64,000 nucleotides of DNA from Blasia pusilla (taxonomy: Eukaryota): contig CM114271.1 in NCBI GenBank assembly GCA_050084515.1, positions 31,248,001 through 31,312,000 of the forward strand, given 5' to 3'. A model generated the notes under the pieces. The model saw only the letters and a program-made list of their open reading frames with translations. It was not told the DNA's origin and made no database searches. Each line of letters opens with the position of its first letter. Position 1 is the first letter of the stretch. This document shows positions 1 to 14,249 of this stretch, piece by piece. Made by a program: the position numbers and the translations under genes.

Positions 1-3000
1 GGTTGCACTAAGTTTCCTCTCTTCAAAAAAAAATCTCAAAAAAATTACTCACTTATTATCCATAATCTTCATATTTTTTTAAGAGAGTTTCGGTTTTTTT
101 TCCCTTTTGTGCCTTTTTTTTAAGAGAGACTCTCCTCTCTTCCTCTCTTCTGCCAGAATATCAGGCCCCCCGACTTTTCCTTCCGTGACATCCCCTCGTC
201 TAAATTCATTTGTAGGAGCTCTTTTGTGTAGGAGTTTTAGGAATGGTAGGAATTGGGGAGCTTGTGAAGTTATTTATATGTGTGCTTTAGATCGTGAATC
301 TTGTCAATGGTAAATAAAATGTAGCTGAGTGAAGGGATATGGATTTATGAAAGGTCTGATCGATGCATAAATAATAGGTGGTCTGGATTTTGACTTTCTT
401 TTAAAGTAGGGTGGAATTGGAGGACATGTCATGAAAGAGAATGTTCTAACATTCGTATAATGGTGTATTATTGATACAATATGTGAAAGTTTTTTTTTGC
501 AGTAGATGTGTTTTATTAGGACAGCATGACAGTAACCCTCTCTGCAGAGATAACATGGTTTTGCAAAATGGAAACTTTGGTAAAATGATACAATGTTTTA
601 AGAAGTATTATGAAACTGCCCAAGTTTGGCATATAGCGGCAGTAGGCACTGGAGGAGTTTATGCCTGTAGGAGTTAAAACTTTGAAAAACATAAAGAAGG
701 TGTTGCTGCCTTATGCATATAGAGATTTTGTATGTGTGGTGCTAATATTTTCTTGGTGATCCAATTGACAGAAGACTGTTGGGGAGGTAGCAGCCATTTC
801 TTGCATATCACAAGGTGCAACAATTTACATTGCTAAAGTATAAATGGAAATTGAAAAAATAGGAGGAATGTGTGGATGTGGAAGAAGAGAGCTTGGAAGA
901 AGATAGTTAGAAAAGCAGATAGAATCTGAAAAAATGGTTAATGTAGCATTGGTATAGGGCGAGTAGCATATTTCTAGAATGTACTAAGGAGCCCTATTTA
1001 AAGATGAACTCACAAATTTGAATACATATAAGGGAGAAGAAAAAGAAAGGCACTTGAAGTATGAAGAGTTGTAGAATATTATACGTGCAAATCAGTTTCG
1101 AAGCAAGGACTCAATAATCCCTAACTGGAGCTTTAACTTTGGGTTGTGCTCAATGAGAGGGTTAACTTCGACGATGAAGTCTTTGAAATGCCTTCGTGCT
1201 TCTTTCAAATTCTCCTTAAGATCTGAAATAATTTGCATATGGATGTCATTCTCCTCGTAAAGCGCAGATAGCTCGTTGCTAAGGTTGTTTTTTGTACTCG
1301 CCAATGTCTCTATCCGGTCATGGGACCTATCCAGATGTGCCATGACTCCATGATACAATTGAAGAGGAATAGTGAGACGAAGCGAAAAATGGTCTCTTGG
1401 TGATTGCACCTCTGGTTGATATTGCTGTGGAGTATTGCAAGGAGCTGCAACCGAGTAAGGTGGACGTCTTGAAGGTTGCCTAGTTCTCATCTGGAAGTAC
1501 ATCAGCCAACAATAATGTTGGGTTAGACCATCATGGACATTTCTATAATGAATTCGTGGAAGGTAGTGAATATGAGAAGCAGAGGTAAAATTGGGATAGT
1601 ACATTTGAAAATGAGAACCCATGTTGAAGCCGTGAATATGAATTGAGACAATAGCATAACAATGGAGTATGAAAAAGTGATGGGGGATAAGAAGAATAAT
1701 TTTTGAGAGAAGAATTCAAAATGAATGGTACGCTGATATTTCATTACACATCACATAATATTTTTGGCATATATGAAAAGTTATCTCAAGTATTGACATA
1801 GATGTTAACAAAATTTATAGTTCCCAGCTACAAAACAGATTGGACCGATATATAGTAGTTGGTAGTGAGTGCAAATTTTCAAAACTCAGGTGTACAATTA
1901 TCCATGGTGCTTGGTGTAACGGAACTTGCACAATAGGTAGTTTTTATTAGTTGACATAATACTTACAGGAATGAGCAGGAATGAGAAAATGAGATAAATA
2001 TGTAATGAGAAAGTAGTAGAAATGAAACAATGGGAAAAGATTGGAAAGAAATTAATGAAGAGGGCTGAAGCTGCATTAATGGAATTCACCTTCTCTTCGC
2101 TTAGTTGATGAAGTAACAAGGTCAATATTATTGTAGACAGACAGATCAAAGTTTATAACAGTGCATGATGTCTGTGGTGGGGGTGGTGTGAGATCTGGTA
2201 AGGTGGGTACAACGTGGGGAGTGGTTAGATCTACTGGAAATGGTTCTACATCTAGGAGCTCACCTTTAGCCTTCGCTAGTTTTAGGCGAATGATCAGATG
2301 GGAAGCCTTGACAGTTGTCAAGTCTATTAGCATCTTGATCGGTACTCAAAATTCATGGCGTAACTTGCGCACCTGATCTAGTCTAATTCCACCACAAGAA
2401 AGGGCATACAATCTATCTGCTTGATTCCGTATAAGGGTGGTCCACTCTTTGAAATCAATGGCTTTAAATTCAAATGCTTCTTTCTGGAGACCTAAGACAC
2501 AACATTCAAGGTAGTAATTAGAAGGGTACATTGAGTCACAAACTGATTTGAAGTTGAGTAAATATAAAATACTAAGATAAGTGTGAGTGACAATAAAATA
2601 ATAATAGTTTGAATGTACAAAAATGAGAGGAGTTATATAACTATGGCAGTGCATTCTTGTTGCACATGCGAAATTCGTCATTCCACTCCTGACACTGAGA
2701 TATCAGAGCTTGAATCTGCATGCTTGTGACACCATACTCCCAGAATGCATGTACTAGACCAAGGTTATCTGAAAAATGCATATGGTTTTCTGTTGGTTGA
2801 ACATGACAGGCGCTTGACCTCTAGTATGTTGTTAATATCATTGTGGATCATGCTTGCAAAATCCATATATGTTGAAGGCACTTGTTGCTATGTGTTTAGT
2901 ACTAGATAGGAAATTAATAGTAATTCATTGATGCTAGCAGATGACAAAGTCTATACTTGAGTAGAAGACACATGTGTGGTGTCATTCTGAGGTGGTGATG

Positions 3001-3149
3001 AACTGGTCCTATGATCAAAGAGAGGCACGGTACTCCCTTACGCTTGTTGCATCTGACGCCATGGCTCGAGCTTGAGGCGGATTTCTTGCCCCATGATCGA
3101 GATGAGTTGTCAAATGCCATTTTGCAAGTAGTGAGTGCAACTTAATCTT

Positions 3150-3575
3150 CTATGATAATATCTAACCATATGTTAGAAAATCGTGAGAGCTAAGTACACC
3201 TAAAATCCTTAGTTGATCACGTGTTTGAACGCAGAATAACATAACATAGGCCATGCCAGGGGAAAAAGCAGATTTAATAACCATTTAACACCTACTTGGT
3301 ATTGTGGATCCTTGAGATTTATGAGCAGTCATTGCATAGCCTAATGAAAGAGGAAAGGTTTTTTTATGGTACTTTTGGTGTGAGGCATACCATGAGAATT
3401 TCAAAATTGATCCTAGTAATCGTGACAAGTTGACCTGATGTGGAAATTTTCACAACAATAGAGTGTAGAGCATGGTTTTTGTATTGGAATTCATGTATAT
3501 AACCATGTGCGCCATTAGCAGCGTGTACTTTGAGATTAATGTTAGATGTTAACATTACTTTGGAGCCTACATGCA
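3150..3575 (-). pseudogene. PIF1-family helicase C-terminal remnant (Helitron RepHel-like)
   Basis: Minus-strand translation gives VGSKVMLTSNINLKVHAANGAHG, then TFPLSLGYAMTAHKSQGSTI (motif V, ~3300-3360) and FSPGMAYVM (motif VI); broken by a frameshift and a stop. Confidence 0.8.
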
Positions 3576-4365
3576 AAGAATACATGGAAGACTTTGGAAA
3601 TATCCTTAAAGGAAAGGATACAAGGATGATAGCGCAAACATTTGGGAACTTCAAGGCTCATCATTTGAAAATTGAGAAACACCATGAAAACTTTGTTTTG
3701 AATAGAAACTTGTCCCTTGATGATATTGAGACCCTTGGAGAAGAGGAACACTTAAAGGCATTGTCAAGGAAAGTGATCGAATGTGGAATATCGATAGTAA
3801 CTAGAGTAAACTCTACAGCAGAATCATTGGAACCTCCTTTTGAAATACTTGGAGATACATCCAACCTTGATTTGGATCATTTCATGTACAAGATCAAATG
3901 TCTATATGACAGGAAGAAATTGAGCCTTTGTCCTGTACAACATAATCTTGGGTACAACCTAGGCCAACATTTACTCAGTGCAACTTCTGGTTAGAGAACC
4001 CTTCAAGTAGTTCACTTTTGCACTCACAGCAGATTGATGCCAAATCATATATCTACTCTAAGTGTGAAGTGAACTACTTGAACGGTTCTCTACGAATTGG
4101 GAAGCGAGGTAGATCTCCCAAGTCCTTGAAGAGGGATAGTGTCCAGAAGTCATTACTAAAATGGTTCAAAGCTGATGGAGATCTTGAAAATCTTGATGGG
4201 CCAGCCCCAACACTATCGTCAGGTGAGGAAGTTGGTTTTGATTTATCCTTATCCACTCTTTGTTCGGGATTGTGGAAAGAAAATATTCAACTTGTTATCA
4301 AAGGTGAAGAAAGACATTTGAATGTCAAGGGTTTGTTGCATGATGAATCTATTAGAAACACTTGG

Positions 4366-7300
4366 TATAAATGGTAAATGGTAAATAGATCAAGCCCGTG
4401 GGATCCAAAGGGTCAAAAGGCTACAAAAAACTTTACAAGTAATACATTGACTCGGAAAAAGACCCTAAAGGCCTTCCCCTAGCTAATGCCTAGAGCTTTT
4501 GAGGGATGGATAATGATATCTCTAATATAAAAACTTAAATCATAAGGCACTAGCTATAGTAAAGAATAGAAATTCTCCAAATCTATTTTATGAGCTAGTC
4601 TAATCTCTTCATATCTTGGACATGTAACAAACACATGATCTTCATCCTCAATACTTTCTCCGTCACATAACCTACAAACGCGTTCTATTCTATAAATGTT
4701 GAGCCAACCTTTTTCCTCAATTCCTAATCTATGAGACCCAATTCTATGTCGTGCGATAATATTATGTAAGAACGTGGAGATCCCCCCAAGTAGGTATCCT
4801 TATTCACAATATACAAGCATTGGATTAACATGAAGTTGATAAAACTCCATTTTTGTGTCCGAGTTGCTCCAAATGATGTTGAGAAATTGCTTTTGTAGAT
4901 GCTCGCGGAGTGCCATTGGTTTCAGGTCCCAATCTTGTTCCGCCACATTCCACTTTGAAGACCAAGTCACCACATCCGCAATCTACCCTATGGAACATGT
5001 GGCTCATAAAGCTTGATGAGGGAGACGAGAAACATCAAGAGATCTCATCCTTGCGATATAAGTGATGGTCAAGTAGAGAGCTTCAACTTCTAGAGGAACA
5101 CAATCTGATTCCACAAGAAGAATAGCATAAGAAGTTTGGTTTCTTACACCCAATTCTTCTTGTAGAAAAATCTTTTGCACCTTCTCCATGCGCTCCCTAC
5201 CTATCTTCTTACAACTAAGGCCCCAAACTTGGGTCCCAGATAAGACCAAAGGCATCAATAAGCTCCTAAATAAGAACTTCCTAAGGCCCCACGATACAAG
5301 ATGAGCTTTTCTACACCGGTCTAAAATTGAATATAGAGCTTTGTAACCAGCTTCTATTCTCTTTTGTATACAAAGTGCCCAATCATAATCATGAGAGAAA
5401 TCAATGCCTAGATATTTGTAACTCTTCACTTGTTCTAATTGTAGATCTTTGTAAAAGAATGAGAATTTGGATCTAGTGCCCACTCTAATGACTTTAGACT
5501 TCTCAAGATTAGCCTCCATCTGATTTTGGGTACAAAAACTTGCTTAAGTGTTGAGGTATTTTTGTAAACTAATGCTATCACGTGCTAGTAATATGATATC
5601 ATCTGCATACAATAACGCTTTGATGACGAAGTCTCCAAGCTTAACACCTTCACTGTCATATTCCTCCAACCACTTTTTGTTATCATCTATGAAAACTCCA
5701 AAGAGAGTAGGGGAAAAAGGGCAACCTTGAATGACTCCGATAGTACTCAAGATCTCTTAAGTTTGTGAATCTTTGATCTTGGCCCGAACGGAATGGTACA
5801 ATTTGGCCACAACAGCTAGGAAATTTTTTGGTACCCCAATGCCTTGCAACCAATCCCATAATAGCTTACGAGATAATGTATCAAAAGCTTTCTTGAAATC
5901 GATGCAACCGCAAAACAAAGCTTTCCCATTGCCCTTAGATTTCTCCCATAAAACACGTAAGGTCAAGATAGGATCGATGGTATTGTATGTTGGGCGAAAA
6001 CTAGCTTGGACTCGTGCTCTATTTTGGAAATACTTTGTCCATGCGCTCAACTTTGAATCCACCAATTTTCCCAAAAGCTTGGCAAAAACACTACCCACCA
6101 TGATAGTGCGATAGTTTATCACCAAGTCCTTCCTTCCTGATTTGTGAATAGGAATAATCTCTTGTAACGACCAAGTAGAAGGAAACCCATAAATAACAAC
6201 ATCACCCAATACTTTGGTGAGGATCGACCCGATAGAATCTCCTCCCCACTTAAAAAGTTCAAAAGAAAGACCATCCAAATCGTGCGATTGGCTAATGAAT
6301 CTTCTTAGTTGAGTCATCACCTCTGCTTTAGAAAATAAGCCTGGTATGCCTTCACAACAGGGCATAGATGTAGCATCGCGGAAGAAATAGAGCTTTGTGG
6401 CAAAAGATATCAAAGACTTAGGATTAAGAGTAGGTTTTGAAGACCATACTACCAACCATCTCCAAAATGATTTGGGTTCGTCATGCAGCTCCCTTGTTAA
6501 GGACTCTTGCTTTCGCCGCAAGAAAACTTGTTTCTTAGATTTCACAAAGTGTTTGTAAAGGCTTGTCATAATAAGCCGACTTTGGATATCCAAAGATTTG
6601 TCCACTGATCTTACCCTTGCTTGCTTGCATTCAGAGTCAAACCACTGATTACAAGGCAGCCTCCTAGCACTTCTATCCCTGTGCCAAAAAAAGAACTTGG
6701 ATGCACTATTCTTGAGCAATTCGGTTAGTTGCAAACTTGCCGTGTGTGGATCAGGGCTCCATACAATGTGAGTCAAGAGTCCTTGTAAATCTAGGATGTA
6801 AAGATCTTTTTTAACCAAGATCTAAGAAATACTTAGGAGAAGCTTAAACGGATTAACATATTTAGAGAAGAATTATCTTCGACAATTAGAGAGTAAACAA
6901 AAGAGGTGCATGATTTGATTTAGGCTAAGGCTCTAAAACTTCAAATGTAGAGACATGAGAGCTATTAGTGGGCGAGGAGAGAAGATAGTTAATGGTACTT
7001 ACAACCAGTAGAGGAGAAATATGTATTGGAGTGAGAGTTGGAAAAATTAGACGTTCCATTAAGAACTTTCAAATTACAAGTGGCTTGGAAAGACAAAAAA
7101 TTCTCTTTCAAAGGATTTGTAGAAAGATCTGAAGAGATTCTAGACCGCCAACCATCCTCAGGTTCTTCGAGAAGAGGAGAAGTCAAGGACTCATTGAATT
7201 GGGTAAATTGAGCACTATGCGTGCAAGCATTGAAATCCCCAACTAGAAAGATTTCACCTTTGCTTTGATATTTGAGAACATCCCCAATAAGTTGATGGAA

Positions 7301-8530
7301 CGGTTGACTCTGATTGCAAGTGCACGTTGAGTAGATAGGCATGGATAGTGGTCCAAAATACAAACTTCCAGATAATAATAAAATCCCCCAACCAAACCAA
7401 GACGTAGCCAATGATATTGGCCCTTGATGTCTTGATCTTCTAGATATATGAGAGGTAGAAATTGAGACCTGATGAAAATAGCAATACCCTTTGACCCTTT
7501 CGTGCTCATTGCCTTCTTTTGTTCCATGTCAATCCTACCAAAATAACCTTTGCATGTCTACAATAGTATTGCTCTCATATTCCCAAGACTCCACAATATT
7601 GATGATGTCCGCCATCTCCCAAACTAGTTGAGCACTCACACACTTTGTTCTTGAAAGGCCGTGTTTATTCCACATCAACACTCTCAGCTCCTTGGATTGC
7701 TAGGTTGATAATTCTCTCTTTCTCAGGGTAACAATTGCTCGACCATGGCGTAGAAAAGCAATAAAACCTACTTCTTGAGCCTCTTTAACCTTTGCAAGCT
7801 CCTTTCTCCTAGCTTCAATGTGTAAAGGTGTAAGGTCAAGATCCAACCATATCCTCTATCCTTTGAGAATGGCCTTGTTAGCCATGGCAGTATCACGTTA
7901 AGTTTGATCAACAAACTTAACTAGAATAGCATGAGTCTGTGTTCCCATTTTCCCAATGTGGAAAGCTTGAGCTAAGTTCAGATTGTGAACATGAAGTGTA
8001 TCAACCAAGAACTTGGTGATAGCACTCTTCATCTCTTCAATTTTTATTTTCGGAAATCTGCGATTCTCACATTCTTCATACGTGCAAATTGGTTTTCTTT
8101 TTCTATCTCTTGCTCTTGACAGAAAGAGATATTATGAGCAACCTTTGTAACTTTAGCATAAGATTTCATTTTCACTTCTAAAGTTTTAACAACCTCATGC
8201 AATCTTGAACTATTGGGAGTAGTCGCTAATGATGATGCTATCTCTTGAACATCCGCAACAGATTTGGAAAGATCCAATATCACACCAGAGCTATCTTTCA
8301 ACACCTTCTTCAAAACCTCTTGCGTTGTCTTCAACTCTCTAATTTGAATATGAGCAAGGTTCAATTGAGAAGTTTGTACCTTAAATTCTTGTCGAAGCTC
8401 TTCACTTCATGCAAGACCACTTATACTAGATTCAAGATTTACTATTGAGTAATCATCATGAAGTGGACTTCACTACATCCAAAAAATCGCACGACCTCCA
8501 ATCAAGTAGAGACACTTGAACACCACACAA
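4366..8530 (-). mobile_element. Near full-length decayed LINE, RTE-X-like (ORF1 plus APE-RT ORF2)
   Basis: Coiled-coil ORF1 piece at 8044-8364; APE motif FLVGDFN; RT motifs IDFKKAFD, GVIQGCPFSP, LLYADD; 3' tail of short TTTACCA repeats near 4370; a closely related copy lies at 52175-54697. Clade is inferred from the domain layout and tail. Confidence 0.85.
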
Positions 8531-8782
8531 CGTCTTTTCTGTATATCCTTTATTTTTTCAGATTGTGGATGCTATGGCTAAAAGCTAGACCTCATGCATT
8601 GGCAGGAAATAATGTGGTATTTGGTGAGAAAAATAGGGTTAGCTTGCAGGCTTTCCATGATCTACAAATGTCTATACATTTTTCAGTTCTCTTGATAATA
8701 TTATTCAGAGATCGTTATCCAAATCTCCCAACACCTTTACACTCATGTGGATCTGATTGTGTGGAGATTTTCTTCTCCAAAG

Positions 8783-9219
8783 TGTGAGAAAATAGAAAGT
8801 GACGAAATCACTGAAATCTTTACAAAAATTAGAGATACAAAGTGGCCTAGTCCGTCCGTGCGCTCACACAAGAGCTTCGATGGAACCTGAACATGGAGAT
8901 AACTCGACATACAAGAATGCGCTTTCGTTGCAGCTCTCGACTATTTCACTACTCGGGAAACTAGGGTTTTCATCTATTTTTCTTTATTTCTATTAATAGA
9001 AAAAAATTACCCTGGACCCCCGCGACGCATCAGGGTGCCCCGCACCTTGATGCAATATAGGGTTAGATAATCTTAGTAACGCTACTCCTAAACCACCTAC
9101 GTCATATTACTATGACTCCTTTGACGTCTAAGTCGGAACCATCAATCTAGGCTTCTCCTCATACAAGGGGGCGGATCAGATTAATGATGCTCTGAGAAGT
9201 GGATGTTGAGAATCCAACA
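8783..9219. mobile_element. Solo LTR (437 bp)
   Basis: TGTGAG...CCAACA termini flanked by the 5-bp duplication CAAAG (8778-8782, 9220-9224); excision restores the host reading frame. Confidence 0.8.
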
Positions 9220-9959
9220 CAAAGTGGGTGGCATGAGTGGGCATGAGAGAAACTCTGATTTCTCCACTCTATTAGACTCTGCTGCTGGTTTGAATAGATT
9301 AGCAACCATGGAGTTTGGCGAGGAGGGATTAAAAATATCTCGATCTCATTCCAAGCAATAATTTGTATGGCATAAGTTGCATCCATTCAAAGTTGGTGAA
9401 GTTGTAGCTGATCTTGGAGACTTCTCAATGATAGCCATCAACAACCAGGTGATTGAGGCTAGAAATTTGTGCATTTAGCTGAGCATGCATCCACATTGTA
9501 CAGCTTCATCAAGAGAGCAAGAGTGGTGGAGGTTTCCTTGGAAGGGAGAGGAAAATTGGTTTAAAAAAGATAAAGATGAGAAATTATTGGATTCATTTAT
9601 TGATCAAGATGATGAAGCTTTGACCCCTTTGGAGGTGTGGTTGGCAGCAAATGTTGATGCATCAAGACAACAAGATATGGAGAGGCAATTAGCTAACATG
9701 GTTGCTACCAGAGTGGCTTCGAACATTCATTGGATTGTAATGTTGAAGAACCCATGGAGATTGATGGGAGAGATGACATGGAGGTTGCAACACATGAAGT
9801 TTGTCATGTAATTGGTGAAATTATCCATGATTTAGTGTTTAATCCAAGTTCTATCAAAATTGAGCCAACTCTGGAATTTGAAGGCAATAGGATTTATAAA
9901 TCCACTCTTGTTAGCCAATTGTGAGGAAATCCTTTACTATCAAACGTTAGATTAACCAC

Positions 9960-11235
9960 TGTAATGTACAAGAGTTTCTATTTTACAGTCATTTAATAAG
10001 TTCGATCCCCAAGTGGATCATTGTTTGATGAAAAGACAGTTCAAAATTACAATTCTGTTGTAATAGTTGTATTTAAATGTGTATGTTTATATTCAATCTC
10101 TTATCAATATCTTCGGATCTTTCTTAGGACCAAAGTTTCTTTTCTCAATTCTCTCTAGTGGAGTTGACAGCATGCTCAGGTAGATTTCCTCTCGATATCA
10201 AGAAACCTCAAAGAGACCTCAACATGAAAGCTGGCTTCTCCTACTGTCGAAACTCAATCCGTCTCGGTAGGCTACTCTCTGTCAAACAGATTTCCTACAA
10301 TCTTTATGTTGATTATTCCATTGATGAGAAAGTTTCTCCTGATTCACTCTTCACTCTGCAAACCCAATAAGAATACTCATACCTAAGCATCACACATCTG
10401 AATGAATGAATGATTTCTTTACTACTCCATCAAGAATGAGAAAGCTTCAAAGTGTATAAAAGCTCGAGAGGGTACAACTCCCTTGCTCGGACCATTCCTA
10501 CAACATGTGGACATCGTAAGGGAATGATAATGATAGCTATTTCTATGCTTCTTAAATACTCTCTGAAGGAAGAGTGATCCAAATATTCGAAGCGGTTTTG
10601 ATGAAGCTGGTGGCTCTTCAACATTTGTAACTACCTAGATCTATGGTGCTCTTTGCTTTTCCTATGATCCTATGAATCCGCAGAACAAAATTGTCATAAC
10701 TACCAATTTGATACAAAGGGTTGCGTCTTTTCCTATTCTAACCGTTCTAACTATGTGTCGCTTGAAATCATTGTCAATCTTAGCTTCGCTGCGTTGCTAA
10801 GTCTGGACCCCTTTTGCTTCGCTTGAGGACGAAGCTCTTTCTCCATATCTGAAAACGAAGCGCTTCATTCTTTGTTCTTGTTCCAGGTGCTTCGTTCTTC
10901 GTACAAGAGCGAAGTACTTCTTTCTCTTCTTCTTCGTGCTTCGTTATGCTTCGTTATAGAGTGAAGCACTTTGTAGATAGAGCTTTGCTGAGCTTCGTTG
11001 TCGTTCCGAAGCTTCTTGCTGGGTCTTGAGACTTCGTTATTTTATTCTCCTCTCCTCTTAGGCAAATCTTTGATTTTCTATCTCTATGCCTTGTCCTTGG
11101 AGCTTCGTGATTCACTTTAATCTTACTCATTCCTTCCCATAATAATATATAATAATCAAAATCATAATGTATATACAAGTCTTTGTTGAATAAAAAGATA
11201 TATTTCTTCAAAAGTACAAAATTGTGGGTATCACA
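9960..11235. mobile_element. Solo LTR (1276 bp)
   Basis: TGTAAT...ATCACA termini flanked by the 5-bp duplication ACCAC (9955-9959, 11236-11240); excision restores the host reading frame. Confidence 0.8.
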
Positions 11236-12949
11236 ACCACAGTAAAACAAAGTGTGTATTACAATCCCATGGTAGCCACTCTTCTTCAACAAGAGTTCCT
11301 ACATGTTTGCTTGATGTAAGTGCGGATTGTGGAGTGTTACTTGAGGAGGATATACTAGGAGGTAGGACTAGAGCTCAAGCCTAAACAGCAGTATCTACAA
11401 AATTAGTTTCATGGTTTGTAGAGTGTAGATAATCCAACAAAATTATGGTAGTAAATGGGGTTGATATAGAGTTCAAGAGAAAAGAGTTCTCTTTTCCATT
11501 TGATCTGGAAAAGAGAAAATCAAGTATTGTAGAAGGTTTTGCTTGCAGAGTAGTGTTTAATTGGTTTAGATCTATTGGTCCAAGTAGAGATCTGAAATTC
11601 CTATATGAGACTAATGATTTAATTAAAATAGATGTAAATTTGATTATTTGTTTAGTAACCATGACTCCTGAATTCAAAGATGCACATACCATATGGCATC
11701 TTGATGGTCATGATAAATCTATATTAGATGCGCATATGAGAAGGATGGAAATTTCTTTATTAAAGTTTTGGATTTAACAATCCGTAATTCTTGAAATAGA
11801 TGTTAAATACTTATGCTTCAAATGGTTTTTGGATTAGTAAAAAATTTGTAATTAAGAAAGTGAGGGTCAAATAGGGAAAAAAATCTAAAAAATGTTATTG
11901 AAGGGTATTTTTTATAGGCATATTTAAATTAAGTCGACTTAAAATAGGGAGGGTGAAATACCGCACGTGGAATATAGAACATATGTACTCTAATATCCCC
12001 GAGTTTGAAACTCTCATGGACAATCTTTGCAATTCCAAGATGTAGTCATGGAAACCATCCATACCCCTCAAAATGTAGGATCGTATCTTCTCTAATGTAA
12101 GTTGGAAACACTAGTCTAATCATGCCTCTCTTATGGCCATGTTGAATTCATTTTTGGAAATTTTTTCTTCCCTCTTGGCACTATTATTGGACTCAATTCG
12201 GTTATCTCTCGTTCTCGATGACCCAAACCCACTAGACATATCGCTCGGAGAAAGAAGATAAGAAGATCTCTTACAAAAACCAACGAAATAAATGTACGAG
12301 TTGAGATAAGGAAGTACTCAAAAGATAATGATGGGAGATACTAAAAAAATGGCTCGAGCAATGTACACGCGCTTGAGTAATGGAATGGGGGTCTCAATTT
12401 AGGGTTGGGAACTCAAAGGGAATATATGCGTGTTTAGATAAGTTTCCTTGACCACCTCTACATCCACCATGTGCTAAGAAGAACCAATGAAACAAATCTA
12501 AAACTCAAGTCTGTGAATCGGAAATCTCAAAATCACCAAACAAGTTTAGTGACACAAGAGATTTCTACACCCACAGCCTCTCACTTAATGTGGAATTAAT
12601 TAGAGTTTGTTTAAGAAACAACAAGGAGCGCAAATATCCAAGTTGGTCGCCAAAAAAATCCAACTATCCCCAAAAGGCATGCAATGGATTTTCCCCAAAT
12701 TCCTAGCGACCTTGAAATACCTAAGTTCTCAAGGCACCAACAAAATTTGGAGCCTAATCCATAAAATTTCTCAAAGAAAAGGAGGAAAATATGGAAAATC
12801 ATGAAAATTGGAGTTAATTAGCCCCTAATCCCTTCATTATAAGCATTTAGGGACCCACTTGTGAGCCCTTTGCTTATGGGTTTTCTCCCAAAATAGGTTT
12901 GGGAAGGGAGAAGAGGGTGGAGGCATGTTTGAATTTAGCCTCCACCAAT

Positions 12950-13418
12950 CCCAGAGTGCCACATGTCGATGCGGGGTTCACGAGATCTGGGCCAAACGTA
13001 GGTTTGGCGGGTAAGTCCAAGTCGTACACATGGCAACGCCCCATTCGTTGGATGGATGGTGGGCTACGGTATGGTTGGGCAGACTAGTACGCGGGATGGG
13101 GCGAGCTAGGCATGAGTTGGGTGCAGAATGGGCACGGCCCCATGAGCCTACGCGCGCGCTGGGGCGAGCTAGGCGCGGGCTTCTAAGCACAGGCTTTTCG
13201 CAAGGCTAATGTGATCGACACGAAAAATGGGGGTGGCTTGACGCAGGCCCAACTCCTCCGCGATGTGAGCTACAAATTGGGTGTTAAAAATGGATGTCAA
13301 ACGAGATATGGACTAGCCGAGCAATGGTGGAATGCTGGGTTGGCACGGGCTTGGGAGTATGTGGGCCTATGGAGCCCGCGCCCAGGCCCGCACGGACATA
13401 AGTCTGCATGCAACCTTG
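12950..13418. mobile_element. Partial hAT-type MITE relative (one TIR)
   Basis: GC-rich GCGGGCT motifs ending in ATGCAACCTTG at 13418, matching the TIR of the 13797-14249 element; left end not defined. Confidence 0.5.
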
Positions 13419-13796
13419 GCCCGCCCTCTGGGCATGCTTCGGGCTCTATGCAGGTCAAAATCAAGGGTCGGAAGGGGAGAATGGGGAAGGTGCGATTATA
13501 ATTTCATATTTAATTTTGATTTTTATTTATTTATTCAATAAATATATGTAGTCCTTTTATTTTGATTAAGGGCTAAAATCAAGGATCGAAAGGAGAGAAT
13601 GGGGAAGGTGGGGTTCCCCTAGAGAATCACATAAGTACTTATAGGTGGGGACACTCTCCCTCTCTACGTGCTCCAACCCTTAAACCAAGAACTAATTATG
13701 ATGTGTGTTTGGCCATGTTTCAAGTTCAAGCTAAGCGACGCACTGTAAGGAATTAATTGACGTGCTCTCGTCTACGCAAGCAACTTGGGGAGATTG

Positions 13797-14249
13797 CAAG
13801 GTTGCACAAAAACGGACGTGTCCATCCATGGGACGGACATGCTCGGACTGCACCCGAGCCCGCCCCAAGCGAGGCGGGCTAGGCGGCTCAAGGCTGATTA
13901 GACGCGGGCTAGGGTGGGCTCAAGGCTGATTGGGCACGGGCTCTAAACGGGCACGTGCGGGCTCCAAGCGGGCAAGTGCGGGCTCAGAGCTCATAAAATT
14001 TTGGTCTTGTGGACCAAATTTTGCGGGCCTTGAGCCCGCATGCGGACTTAGGGAGGGCCTCCAACCCGCACCTAGGGCCCGCGCTGAGCCCGCCCTAGGC
14101 GAGGCTGCGGGCCACGTAGCGGGTGTGGGTTGCGGGCAGGCTCGGGTGCGGGCCCCGTGCCCGGGTACCCACGCCTGCACGGATATGTTCGTCAATAGGA
14201 CGAACATGGACGTGTCCGTGGACACGGACTTTGTCCGTGTGCAACCTTG
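13797..14249. mobile_element. Non-autonomous hAT-type MITE
   Basis: 11-bp perfect TIR CAAGGTTGCAC/GTGCAACCTTG; perfect 8-bp TSD GGAGATTG (13789-13796, 14250-14257); internal GCGGGCT repeats. Confidence 0.9.

Larger units (their letters stand above)
8550..11777 (+). pseudogene. Transposase-like pseudogene split by two solo LTRs
   Basis: Removing 8783-9224 restores ...GSDCVEIFFSKVGGMSGHERNSDF...; removing 9960-11240 restores LSNVRLTTVKQSVYYN. SDCVEIFFS resembles the SQDxLExxF region of P-element/THAP9-type transposases (weak inference). Confidence 0.5.

Noticed and set aside
1-3150. Genes in short ORFs such as 1092-1622
   Set aside because: No recognisable domains; possibly decayed Helitron interior, but unsupported.
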